Below, piece by piece: positions 28,145 through 37,160 of a DNA stretch of 46,330 nucleotides (its first letter is position 1; the number at the start of each line of letters is the position of its first letter). The DNA lies in the IMG/VR virus record IMGVR_UViG_3300038316_000169; one strand, given 5' to 3'. The DNA is from a virus. Below the pieces are notes generated by a model. That model did not search any database. It saw only the letters and a list, made by a program, of their open reading frames with translations, and was not told where the DNA came from. The position numbers and the translations under genes are program-made.

Positions 28145-28891
28145 ATGATAATCACTGAAGCAATAGAAGAAATTAGAAATGCACTTGCACCGAAAATCGA
28201 ATTCCCGTATTACGCTCTTGTAAGAGTTCATTCCAAAAGAGATGGGACTTTCCATATACCTGCCCCGATGTTCAACGGGATGTCAAGACGATCAAAATTT
28301 GCCGGTCGTTTAAAAATTGCGCATGATATGCGTGATGGAGAATATTTCGAATGTCCTTTCTGTGGAGAAAAATCATTTTATTCTGGTGCATGCCAGAACT
28401 GTAAAATGGATATGGAAGAATGGAATGAAGAAACTGAAGAGTGGGATCAAGTAATAGATCTGGAGTATCACAACAAGGAAGCTATGAAAAAAGCAGCAAA
28501 GGATGAACTACTCAGAAGGATTGACGCCGGTGTACCAGATCTCGGGATATACTCAGCAGAAATAGTTCTGCCCGTGGCATGGGGCGCAGAATGGGAACCT
28601 TCGCCTTTCTTGAAGTGTTCAGACTACTCAGCACAGTGGGCACTCGACTGGATCGAAAAAGAGATCCGAAGTCATGAGAAACTTAAAAAATACGAAGAAT
28701 ATCAAAAAATGATAAGAGAATTTCAGCCTGACGAATCAATACCTCTTGATTATCTCGAAAGTGATGTGATTGAGGTCGATGGAACAGATGAAATTCGAAA
28801 ACATGAAAACGGAGTTTGGTGGCATCAACACGGAAAATATACTTACTGGCATCCTATGGCACGGGTTCACAAGGAAAATCCTCTTTGCTAA
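28145..28891 (+). CDS. Hypothetical protein with zinc ribbon
   Basis: CPFC...CQNC; GGAG RBS. Confidence 0.7.
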   Translation: MIITEAIEEIRNALAPKIEFPYYALVRVHSKRDGTFHIPAPMFNGMSRRSKFAGRLKIAHDMRDGEYFECPFCGEKSFYSGACQNCKMDMEEWNEETEEWDQVIDLEYHNKEAMKKAAKDELLRRIDAGVPDLGIYSAEIVLPVAWGAEWEPSPFLKCSDYSAQWALDWIEKEIRSHEKLKKYEEYQKMIREFQPDESIPLDYLESDVIEVDGTDEIRKHENGVWWHQHGKYTYWHPMARVHKENPLC

Positions 28892-28914
28892 CCTGATATG
28901 AACGAGGTTTGAAA

Positions 28915-29364
28915 ATGTCAACCTACAAACTCGATAAGGGCGCACACTCAGTGTACACCCTTCACTATCATTTAATTCTAGTTGTGAAATACCGAAGAAA
29001 AGCCCTGTATAACGAGGCAATCAGGGAAAGGCTAAAACAAATAATATATGACATGGCTGAAAAATGGAAAAGAGAAAAAAATACTGAAATGGCTATTGAA
29101 ATAGTAGCTCAAGAGCCGGGGAGAGATCATCACCACATTCTTTTCAAGGCTACCCCTAATACTTCCTTAACAAAAGTGATCAACAGTATTAAGGGGGCTT
29201 CCTCGCGGGTTCTTAGGAACGAGTTTCCAGATACTAAGAAATTCCTTTGGGGAGATGCTTTCTGGACACCTTCATATTTCCTTGCTACCACGGGGCAAGT
29301 ATCTCTTGATGTTCTGATAGCCTATGTCGGAAGTCAGGAAAGCAAAATACCCGAACAAGGTTAA
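28915..29364 (+). CDS. tnpA: IS200 Y1 HUH transposase TnpA
   Basis: HSVYTLHYHLILVVKYRR, DHHHIL (HUH), KGASSR, FWTPSYF and catalytic Y in AYVGSQ. Confidence 0.93.
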   Translation: MSTYKLDKGAHSVYTLHYHLILVVKYRRKALYNEAIRERLKQIIYDMAEKWKREKNTEMAIEIVAQEPGRDHHHILFKATPNTSLTKVINSIKGASSRVLRNEFPDTKKFLWGDAFWTPSYFLATTGQVSLDVLIAYVGSQESKIPEQG

Positions 29365-29451
29365 AAACAAGAATCCCCTTCCTTTGTTTTAAACCGTTAA
29401 CTATTAAGAGAAAAGATTTGTGGAAATTGAAAGTAAAGGAGGATTAAAACA

Positions 29452-29586
29452 ATGTCGGAACTCGATGAAATTGGCACATTCCTAACTGATAAACTAATCT
29501 GCCCGTATTGCGGCGCGGAAAACTACGACGAAGAAAACGAGCCAGAAGGAGATACAGTTTCGTATATTTCAGAAAAGAAAGAATAA
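29452..29586 (+). CDS. Short ORF with a single CPYC (possibly truncated zinc ribbon)
   Basis: GGAGG RBS; MSELDEIGTFLTDKLICPYCGAEN... Confidence 0.4.
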   Translation: MSELDEIGTFLTDKLICPYCGAENYDEENEPEGDTVSYISEKKE

Positions 29587-29620
29587 ACAGCCATCATAAA
29601 AAATCACGGAGCCACAAACT

Positions 29621-29920
29621 ATGATAAAAGATATCCCAGACATAACCCTAACAGTAAACTATCCCGAAGAACTACCAGAAAACCTATTCAAATTTTACGA
29701 CAGCCTCACGCGAGAAGAACGTGTAATATCCATCTCACCAATCGGCGGCGGGCTTGTCCAGGCAACCACGGAAGGTGAGGATACCGGACTATTCAGAAAG
29801 GATTTGATCCCGAAAGAAGGGAAAATGTACCTTTCATATGAGAAACATTCACCTCTTTTTGTCGTGATGAAGGGGAAGATTATGGTTATTGCGCCTTGTG
29901 AAGTCAAGGGGGTTGAGTAA
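29621..29920 (+). CDS. Hypothetical protein
   Basis: ORF track. Confidence 0.55.
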   Translation: MIKDIPDITLTVNYPEELPENLFKFYDSLTREERVISISPIGGGLVQATTEGEDTGLFRKDLIPKEGKMYLSYEKHSPLFVVMKGKIMVIAPCEVKGVE

Positions 29921-29962
29921 TGTCTGAAATCGAAATCCTCAACATGCGTAATACTCCCTGCG

Positions 29963-30013
29963 TCACGGATTATAAGGAAGGAAGCCCGCTTGCTTTAGCG
30001 TGGGGTAGTTGAC
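29963..30013 (+). mobile_element. IS605 single-hairpin footprint 4 (interrupts an ORF starting MSEIEILNMRNTPC)
   Basis: First 25 nt identical to footprint 3; right arm gtggggtagttgac as in the 5492 end. Confidence 0.88.
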
Positions 30014-30098
30014 AATGCAAGATAATTGAGAGAAAAGAGGCCTCATTTAATCGGTTTTTCTAAGCTCATATAATCAATTATCTTTTTTCTCAGGTCTA

Positions 30099-31421
30099 GA
30101 TTCATAAGCAGGATTCCCGTTACTTTAGTGGCGGGAGGAATGCGTAAACTTAACAATCCCTGCTATAATATAATTCACACGGAAACTATAAATACTTTCG
30201 TGTGAATATAATATACTATGAAATCCACTAAAACAATACAACTAAAAATTATAGATGTTGATAATGACTTAGTGGAAACCATGAAGAAATATTCTGAAGG
30301 AATGAATTATGTATCAGAAGTAGTCTTTCAGAACGGGAAAGTAATTCCTGCAAGAAAATTACAAGGACTTGTTTATAACCATTTGAGAGAAAGAATCGGA
30401 TTAAAATCTCAGGTAAGCTGTAACATTCCTAGACAAGTTGCAGGGTCTTATAAAACATTAGTAGAACAGATTAAATGTAAGAAGACTAAATGGCAACAGT
30501 TAATCTATACTCCGTCTTCCATGACTCTTTCTTATAAAAGAGACTATACTATTAAGGAAGATTCAGTTAGCATAACTACATTTAGTTCTGGAAGAAAAAC
30601 ATATCAGATTCAGAACTATAATTATGCTAAACAGTATTTTAAAGAACCTTGGAAGTTTGCAGCTTCTAAAGTTGTAAAACACGATAACGGAAATTACTAT
30701 TTTCATTTAACAGTTTCTCAGGAAATAGAAGAACCTGTTATAGAACAAGCTTCTACTTTTATGGGTATAGATGTTGGAATTAACTATTTAGCAGTTGCAT
30801 CTACTACCGATAAAAAATGTAAGTTCTTTGCAGGTGGAGAAATTAAAAACAAGAGAAATATCTATTCTAAAATGAGAGCAAGGTTACAGTCTAAGGGAAC
30901 TTTATCTGCTAAAAGAGTTATGAAACGCTTATCAGGTAAAGAGCAACGTTTTATGAAAGACGTTAACCATTGCATTTCTAAGAGCATTATTAAATTTGCA
31001 GTTCAGGAAAATGTATCTGTTATTGGTCTTGAAGATCTAACTAATATTCGAGAGAATACCAATGGAAAACTCCATAAAAAACAGAGATACTTACATAATA
31101 GTTGGGCTTTTCGACAGTTACAGAGCTTCATTGAATACAAAGCTAAACAAGTTGGTATTTTAGTGGAGTATGTGAATCCTGAATATACTTCTCAAACTTG
31201 CAACCGTTGTAATCACATTTCTAAAAACAATAGAAAAGGATTGAGATTTCACTGTAAAGCTTGTGGTTTTGAGATGAATGCAGACTTGAATGCTTCTAGG
31301 AATATTGAACATAGAACACGAGATTTCAGGTATAGCGTGGAATCTCAGGGATGTTTGTCAGCCATCCATACGGATACTTAATTGATATCCATGCTTGCCA
31401 CTTTAGTGGTGAGTAGTTGAC
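30099..31421 (+). mobile_element. IS200/IS605 tnpB-only element (left boundary approximate)
   Basis: Left hairpin cccgttactttagtggcggg; right end ..actttagtggtgagtagttgac. Confidence 0.85.
30218..31381 (+). CDS. tnpB: TnpB, apparently intact
   Basis: GIDVG / GLEDL / NADLNASRNI motifs and CNRC-CKAC zinc finger. Confidence 0.95.
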   Translation: MKSTKTIQLKIIDVDNDLVETMKKYSEGMNYVSEVVFQNGKVIPARKLQGLVYNHLRERIGLKSQVSCNIPRQVAGSYKTLVEQIKCKKTKWQQLIYTPSSMTLSYKRDYTIKEDSVSITTFSSGRKTYQIQNYNYAKQYFKEPWKFAASKVVKHDNGNYYFHLTVSQEIEEPVIEQASTFMGIDVGINYLAVASTTDKKCKFFAGGEIKNKRNIYSKMRARLQSKGTLSAKRVMKRLSGKEQRFMKDVNHCISKSIIKFAVQENVSVIGLEDLTNIRENTNGKLHKKQRYLHNSWAFRQLQSFIEYKAKQVGILVEYVNPEYTSQTCNRCNHISKNNRKGLRFHCKACGFEMNADLNASRNIEHRTRDFRYSVESQGCLSAIHTDT

Positions 31422-31501
31422 TACAGAGCCTTACAATAAGCCGTTTTTTAATTCTACATTTTTTTATTTTCTACATTATTCTTATAGATAAATATATATC
31501 A

Positions 31502-31517
31502 GTTCACAGCGTTAACA
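31502..31517. promoter_or_regulatory. Dyad motif copy upstream of the head-tail operon
   Basis: gttcacagcgttaaca, downstream of an AT-rich TATA region. Confidence 0.5.
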
Positions 31518-31524
31518 ATATAAA

Positions 31525-32526
31525 ATGACTCTTTTTATCGAGGGATTAGCTTTTCCCTTAAATCAAAAAAATGCTAACGGGTGGGGCATACCCGAAACCG
31601 AATCAGATAACGCTATCAACTCCCTGAAAGCCTCCGTTTTAAAAATCTGCCCAGGAGAAGCCCACGCTTGTGATTTTTCCGAAGATCCATACGGGCGTAT
31701 CGGGCGCATAGTTGACGCTTGGCAGAAGGATAACGGTATCTATGTCAGGGCAGCCGTCACGGACTCTATGGCAGCACGGAAGCTGAAAGAAGGGACTTGG
31801 GATGAACACACCTGGAGCGTTTACGCGGATTCAAAAATTGATCCTAAGCTAAATGATGGTTGGGCTGGAGGGTTTACGGCGAAGGCTCTTACACTCGTTA
31901 AGAATCCCGCGTGGACTCAGGCACAGTTTACGGTTGCAGCTTCAGCAGATGGAGGAGTTTTTAAGCTGCATACATTTTCACAATTTCAATTAATCGCATC
32001 ACAAGAAGAAGGTGAAACCATAACAGAAGAACTCGAAAAGCTCAAAACTGAGCTCTCAGAAAAAGACAAGCTGATTGAGGAGCTTAAGGTATCAGCCTCA
32101 AAAGTTCCTGAATTTGAAAAGCAGGTAGGAGAACTGACAGCCTCAGTCAAGGAGCTCGAAGGGAAACTGGAAGAAAAGAGCACTCTCGTTGCATCTCTCG
32201 AAAAAGGACAGGCGGGAAGTGTGCCAATGGATCAGGTGAAAGTCCTCATTGCCTCAGCAATCGAAGAACACGATAAGGAAACCGCAGAAAAAGCGATCCT
32301 GTCAGCATCGAGAGAAAGGTTCGTGAACGCTCGCAAAGAGCTTGGACTCGAAACGAAGGATACTGAGTTTACCAGCCTTTCGGCTTCTGATTTTGACGCA
32401 ATGACTGAAATTATGACGGTCAATCTGTCTGCAAGTGCTCAGGTACAGTATCCAGCCGGAAACGTACAGACCGAAAACAAAGCCTGCACAGGCGCATATA
32501 ATCCTAAAACCGGAGCGTGGGAATAA
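31525..32526 (+). CDS. Prohead protease/scaffold fusion
   Basis: Globular N-domain, long coiled-coil C-domain, position before the capsid genes. Confidence 0.7.
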   Translation: MTLFIEGLAFPLNQKNANGWGIPETESDNAINSLKASVLKICPGEAHACDFSEDPYGRIGRIVDAWQKDNGIYVRAAVTDSMAARKLKEGTWDEHTWSVYADSKIDPKLNDGWAGGFTAKALTLVKNPAWTQAQFTVAASADGGVFKLHTFSQFQLIASQEEGETITEELEKLKTELSEKDKLIEELKVSASKVPEFEKQVGELTASVKELEGKLEEKSTLVASLEKGQAGSVPMDQVKVLIASAIEEHDKETAEKAILSASRERFVNARKELGLETKDTEFTSLSASDFDAMTEIMTVNLSASAQVQYPAGNVQTENKACTGAYNPKTGAWE

Positions 32527-33059
32527 TGGCTAATCTCGGACTCAGGAAACCAACAAACAAAATTGTAGCTGCCGGTAAACCCCTTGTCATGGAGCTTAAC
32601 GTCGAAACAGCTACAAACATGTACCCTGGACGGCTCGTAATCAAGGGCACAAATGACAACGAAGTGAAGGTCTGTGGAGCAGCCGGTATCTCTGTCGGAT
32701 GGCTCGGATACGAACAGGTAACAAATGCGGGATACATGCCGACGGACGTAAACACCATCTATGCAGCAGGGGCACAGGCTCCGGTTTTGTATGGTGGCGG
32801 TTTTGTCGTTGTTGCCTCACTTGCTGAGAACAATATAATTGTAAAGGGAGACCGGCTTGTAGCCGCCGCAAACGGGGAAGTCTCAAAAGCAGCAGCAGCA
32901 GTCACAATAGCTGGGGATACAGACGTAAAAAGTTCTGCCGCCGCTGCTCCTATTTCTGGTACTGTCCCAGAGGGCGGGATTGTCGTAGGTATCGCGATGG
33001 AAACCGTGACAACCGCAGCCGGTGTCTCTGCTGACCTGATGGTCCTGAGCCTGATCTAA
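32526..33059 (+). CDS. Head decoration/cement protein
   Basis: Ala/Gly-rich, MYPGRLV..G and VGIAME motifs, directly upstream of the MCP. Confidence 0.7.
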   Translation: MANLGLRKPTNKIVAAGKPLVMELNVETATNMYPGRLVIKGTNDNEVKVCGAAGISVGWLGYEQVTNAGYMPTDVNTIYAAGAQAPVLYGGGFVVVASLAENNIIVKGDRLVAAANGEVSKAAAAVTIAGDTDVKSSAAAAPISGTVPEGGIVVGIAMETVTTAAGVSADLMVLSLI

Positions 33060-33072
33060 GGAGGCTAAAAAC

Positions 33073-33948
33073 ATGACAAATGCACTTGCAACTTTTTCAA
33101 AAAAGATTGAATCTCAGCTTGTTGACCCTCTGAGACAAATCAACATAGGCAGAAAATTAGTTTATGTGACTCCAGCTCAGGGTTTTGGGATTAGCTCCGT
33201 CGAATGGGGTAAGATTACCGAAATGTCTGAGGGATATGTAAGTTACGGGTTCACTTCCGGCAACGAGGACATGATTGACGTCGCCCTGACAAACAACAAA
33301 ATCCCTGTGTACTGGAAAGATTACAAAGTTCCTCGCAGAATGTACGAGAGCTGGAAAGTCGGTGGTGTAGATATCGACAATGCCGCCGCGCTTTCTGCAG
33401 GCTATCAGACTGTTACCGCCGAGGATATGGCAATCATCCAGGGCGTGAAAAACGACGGTACAAACTACGATATCCTAGGGCTGTATCAGGGCGCGGGTTC
33501 CGACTATACCACGTCAAGCGACTTCGGCACATGGGGCAACGCAATAAAAGCACTTGCCGGAGCAAAAACGACTATGGCAGGCCACGGAGTTCCCGCATAC
33601 AACATGCCCCTAAACATGGTTCTCGGCTTCACGAATTACGGGGAGCTTGAATCAAGTGTTCATAGCACGTCTGGTCAGCTCGAAAAACCAATCGTTGAAA
33701 AAATGCTTAATGGGGGTGCAATCTATGCCGTACCTGATACAGTCCTCCCAGATTCGGACGGACTCGTTCTACCGACTCCATCGGTAGGGAAAGCATATTT
33801 CGATTTCTATCTAACTCAGAATTATACCGTTGAGCATGGCATCGATTCAGAGCATCCAGACACGGGAGACCTGACAGGAAGAGTTTACAGTGCTGGCGTC
33901 TTGAGGATCAAGCAGGATACGGCAATCTGCAAGATATCCGTTATCTGA
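33073..33948 (+). CDS. Major capsid protein (HK97 fold, encapsulin/linocin-like)
   Basis: 291 aa; LIGRKL-like start, YWKDYKV.RR, IIQG..G...ILGL and C-terminal AIC.I motifs. Confidence 0.8.
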   Translation: MTNALATFSKKIESQLVDPLRQINIGRKLVYVTPAQGFGISSVEWGKITEMSEGYVSYGFTSGNEDMIDVALTNNKIPVYWKDYKVPRRMYESWKVGGVDIDNAAALSAGYQTVTAEDMAIIQGVKNDGTNYDILGLYQGAGSDYTTSSDFGTWGNAIKALAGAKTTMAGHGVPAYNMPLNMVLGFTNYGELESSVHSTSGQLEKPIVEKMLNGGAIYAVPDTVLPDSDGLVLPTPSVGKAYFDFYLTQNYTVEHGIDSEHPDTGDLTGRVYSAGVLRIKQDTAICKISVI

Positions 33949-33957
33949 GGTCTTTGA

Positions 33958-34350
33958 ATGGTCTTGTGTTCTGTTGCTGAAGTTCGCGCCAGGGTCTACA
34001 GCTCAACCCTCACGGATTCAGATATCCTTGATATTATCACCGAGGTATCTGCCGAAGTCCTGGCACTAGCCGAGGTAACAGTAACAGCTTCTAGCAACCC
34101 TCTGCTAATTCTCGCCGGAAAAAACGCGGCATGGGCTGCCACTCTTCGGAAAATGAAAACTACCGGAGAGATGGCGGCAAGCATCCAGCAGGGAAACAGC
34201 CAGCAACAGAACACAATAGACGCAGATATCAAAGCATACGATGAAAAAGCGGCTGAGCTGATTCAGAAATACCAGGACTCCGTGAAAGCCCTCAATGTTT
34301 CAATACCATTCGGGCGCGTCGGATTCGGGACGGTGAACAATACGTTATGA
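33958..34350 (+). CDS. Head-tail adaptor
   Basis: LCSVAEVRA start, helical, follows the MCP. Confidence 0.65.
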   Translation: MVLCSVAEVRARVYSSTLTDSDILDIITEVSAEVLALAEVTVTASSNPLLILAGKNAAWAATLRKMKTTGEMAASIQQGNSQQQNTIDADIKAYDEKAAELIQKYQDSVKALNVSIPFGRVGFGTVNNTL

Positions 34351-34943
34351 ACTCTCTTAACTTCGGAATGTTGCATACCTGCCAGGTAATCAGCACATCC
34401 CAGGATCAGAAACTCAATTTCACCTCTGGGACTGCTGTTTTTACTGTCGGCTCCGTCCTGACAGGTGCAACCTCCGAAGCTAGAGGTACGATAAAAAGTA
34501 TTACGCTGTCCCCCGGCTCCTGGTCATCTGGAAATGCAGCCGGGTATCTAATCTTATCTAATGTTTCAGGAACCTTCGAAAGTGAATCAATTAGTGACAC
34601 TGGCACAGGCAGAGCTACGGCCTCCGGTCCTGCGATCCCCCACACAAACGGAGTAGGAACCCCACAAACTACAACGGCCAGCACGGAATACGCTTGCAAA
34701 TTCGCAAACACAAGACCAACTGGCGGCTCACTTCCCTATTATGAGTCTGGAAAATACGTGGCATCCGAGACTATTGTATTTCTCCCGGCTGACGCTGTAG
34801 TCATGGAAGGTGACCACATAACAAGCACAGAATCCGGATATAATCATACTTATGAAGTTACCAACGTTTCAATATATGAAAATTTTTTCAGTGGTAGTAT
34901 AGATCATATCGAGGCAAGCCTGAAGGCGGTAGAGAAGCGGTAA
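34347..34943 (+). CDS. Head closure-like protein with an inserted beta domain
   Basis: HTC.V...ACKF...VFLP....EGD.I...YEV..V...IDHIEA.L pattern. Confidence 0.55.
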   Translation: MNSLNFGMLHTCQVISTSQDQKLNFTSGTAVFTVGSVLTGATSEARGTIKSITLSPGSWSSGNAAGYLILSNVSGTFESESISDTGTGRATASGPAIPHTNGVGTPQTTTASTEYACKFANTRPTGGSLPYYESGKYVASETIVFLPADAVVMEGDHITSTESGYNHTYEVTNVSIYENFFSGSIDHIEASLKAVEKR

Positions 34944-34944
34944 C

Positions 34945-35202
34945 ATGGCCCCTACACACCCCCCTACACTGGTATACCGAGGGGAATGTGAGAAAAATAG
35001 AGACTGTCTAAAAAATGACCTGAAAGAACTGATAACCCAGGAGCGGAACGACAGGAAAGAAGGGGAGATTGAGCTGGAAAAAGGGATAGAACGAGTTGAA
35101 ACACAAATCCAGGCGATGAACTCGAAACTTTCAGGACTCCTGGCAACTCTCTTAATAGCGGTAATTATAGCGGTTCTTGAGCTGCTTTTCGGGAAAATCT
35201 GA
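34945..35202 (+). CDS. Coiled-coil protein with C-terminal TM (XhlA/holin-like, tentative)
   Basis: Heptads followed by a hydrophobic C-terminal helix. Confidence 0.5.
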   Translation: MAPTHPPTLVYRGECEKNRDCLKNDLKELITQERNDRKEGEIELEKGIERVETQIQAMNSKLSGLLATLLIAVIIAVLELLFGKI

Positions 35203-35584
35203 TATGTCCGATATGTTCACGGTGAAAATTGAGGGAGTTAAAGAACTCCAATCGAAATTTAAGGCACTTGATAAAGAACTTCAGATTATCTTATCACAGG
35301 CAGTAAGCGCAGGCGCAGCAGTAGTTGAAAGGGATGCGAAAATAAGGTGTCCTGTTGATACCGGGACTCTCAGGCGGTCACTCAGAGAAATGAAACAGAA
35401 TAAAACGCCTGGGAGAATCGAAAGTCAAGTTGGTACTGACATTGAATACGCGCCGCATGTCGAATTTGGAACTAGATATCAGAGAGCACAACCGTATTTA
35501 CGGCCTGCACTCGATGAAAACACAAACGAGATACAGGCAGCATTTGAAACGCGACTTAACCAGCTTATCGGACGGTACAAATGA
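35203..35584 (+). CDS. HK97 gp10-like tail completion protein
   Basis: CPVDTGTLRRS, YAPHVEFGT and AQPYLRPA motifs. Confidence 0.9.
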
Positions 35585-35949
35585 TAGAGGAAGCATTAAG
35601 AACTATCCTGCTTGCAGATCCAACCCTATACGCTCTTGTAGGTACTCGAATATACCCTGTTCAGCTTCCCCTAGATTGTACTCTCCCGGCTCTTTCATAT
35701 TTCCAGGTATCCGAACCATTCAATCGAATTACGGGTACACCCCGCTTTCAGATTGATATTTTTTCTACAGATTACACGCAAGTGAAACAAATTAAAGCAG
35801 CCGTTGAAAATGCTTTAAATGGGTATTCCGGCACAGTTAGCGATCATATCATAGAAATAATCGTTCCTTTATCTTCTTTCGATTCTTACGACTCCGAAAC
35901 GGGAGTTTATCATATCCCCTATGACTTTAAGATAATTTACAGAAGGTGA
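35581..35949 (+). CDS. Tail terminator (DUF3168-like)
   Basis: LVGTRIYP, LPALSY and FQIDIF motifs. Confidence 0.85.
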   Translation: MIEEALRTILLADPTLYALVGTRIYPVQLPLDCTLPALSYFQVSEPFNRITGTPRFQIDIFSTDYTQVKQIKAAVENALNGYSGTVSDHIIEIIVPLSSFDSYDSETGVYHIPYDFKIIYRR

Positions 35950-35953
35950 ACAC

Positions 35954-36754
35954 TTGACAACATACCAGACAAGCACACAACATTCTGAGACTATCCGCTT
36001 CGGTTCGGCAAAAATCGAAGTCGGAGAATCTGAAGCGTCCCTAGTAAACCTGGGACTCGCAACCGGCATAAAATTTACCGAGGAATACACACCCGTAACC
36101 CTGAAACCCGACAATGCCCCTGAAATCATAGTAGGTGTAAAGGACCACAGCGCAACTGTAGAATTCGAGATGTGGGAAGTCAACCTTACAAATCTCAACC
36201 TTATCAGAGGTGGAATAGACACCCTCGGCAGCGTTGAAGGTTCGGCAACTCCTGTAAGCGCAGAAACCCATACACTGACTGATACTAATTTTGTCAGGCT
36301 TGCCCACAAGAACGGCGACGGCTCCGAGGTAGCTTCTATTGTAGTCACTGACTCTGCAGATAATGCAGCCGTCAGGAATACAGATTATGTTATTGCAGTC
36401 GATGAAGAGGGCTATACCTGCATTGCCAGGGTTGCAGGAAGCACAGAAATTACGGACGGTGACGGAATAAAGGTAAACTATTCTTACACTCCATATACAG
36501 CCGTTACCCTGTCAAGCGGTGGGAAAAATACCATATCGGCTAGAGTGGTCAGGCTCACAAATACCAATGCCGCCGGGAAGAAATTCGAGATCACTGTCTA
36601 TGCAGCCAAAACCCAGGGAGGGATAGAGCTAACCCTGCCAGCAGACGACGGCGACGAGCCATTGAAACCCACGATAACACTCAAGGGTATATGTGACACT
36701 ACCAGGACCGCGGGCGACCAGCTATTTATGATTGTTGATGAGCAGGGGGTCTAA
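35954..36754 (+). CDS. Major tail tube protein
   Basis: IRFGSAKIEVG..LGLATG start; size and position. Confidence 0.8.
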   Translation: MTTYQTSTQHSETIRFGSAKIEVGESEASLVNLGLATGIKFTEEYTPVTLKPDNAPEIIVGVKDHSATVEFEMWEVNLTNLNLIRGGIDTLGSVEGSATPVSAETHTLTDTNFVRLAHKNGDGSEVASIVVTDSADNAAVRNTDYVIAVDEEGYTCIARVAGSTEITDGDGIKVNYSYTPYTAVTLSSGGKNTISARVVRLTNTNAAGKKFEITVYAAKTQGGIELTLPADDGDEPLKPTITLKGICDTTRTAGDQLFMIVDEQGV

Positions 36755-36756
36755 AA

Positions 36757-37128
36757 TTGACTGAAGATCTACTTACAAATTTCGAAATTCTTGAACCCCC
36801 GAAAAGAACCGCCGTACTGCTTGGCGAAACCGTAGATATTTCCAAAATCCCGGCTAGAGTCTCATTGAAGTTCATTGCGTTCTCGAAAAAGCACGACATC
36901 AAGAAGTTTGAAAACGCATCTGAGGAATCACTTGACATGTCAGTACTGGAGGACATCATTGACATCGTTGGGATAATTTGCGAGAAATCAAACGAGAAAA
37001 TCACCAAGGACTGGCTTCTTGACAACCTGTCCATTGCCGATCTAATGAAGTTTGTAAAGTTCGTTTTCTCAGGGATAACTCAGCTGAATGATGAGGGAAA
37101 AGCTGAGGGTGAAGACGGAAAAAACTGA
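36757..37128 (+). CDS. Tail assembly chaperone (G)
   Basis: Between the tube and tape measure genes; ends in a slippery site. Confidence 0.8.
   Translation: MTEDLLTNFEILEPPKRTAVLLGETVDISKIPARVSLKFIAFSKKHDIKKFENASEESLDMSVLEDIIDIVGIICEKSNEKITKDWLLDNLSIADLMKFVKFVFSGITQLNDEGKAEGEDGKN
37119..37125 (+). other. -1 programmed ribosomal frameshift site A AAA AAC
   Basis: The -1 frame reads KLTIWEIISQLGEMYAW.. into the 37161..37412 ORF. Confidence 0.85.
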
Positions 37129-37160
37129 CGATTTGGGAGATAATCTCTCAACTCGGTGAG

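Noticed and set aside
1684-30013. Recurrent aaggaaggaagcccc...ctttagc..gggg sequence as a CRISPR array
   Set aside because: Copies are dispersed over 28 kb with no regular spacers and match IS200/IS605 ends
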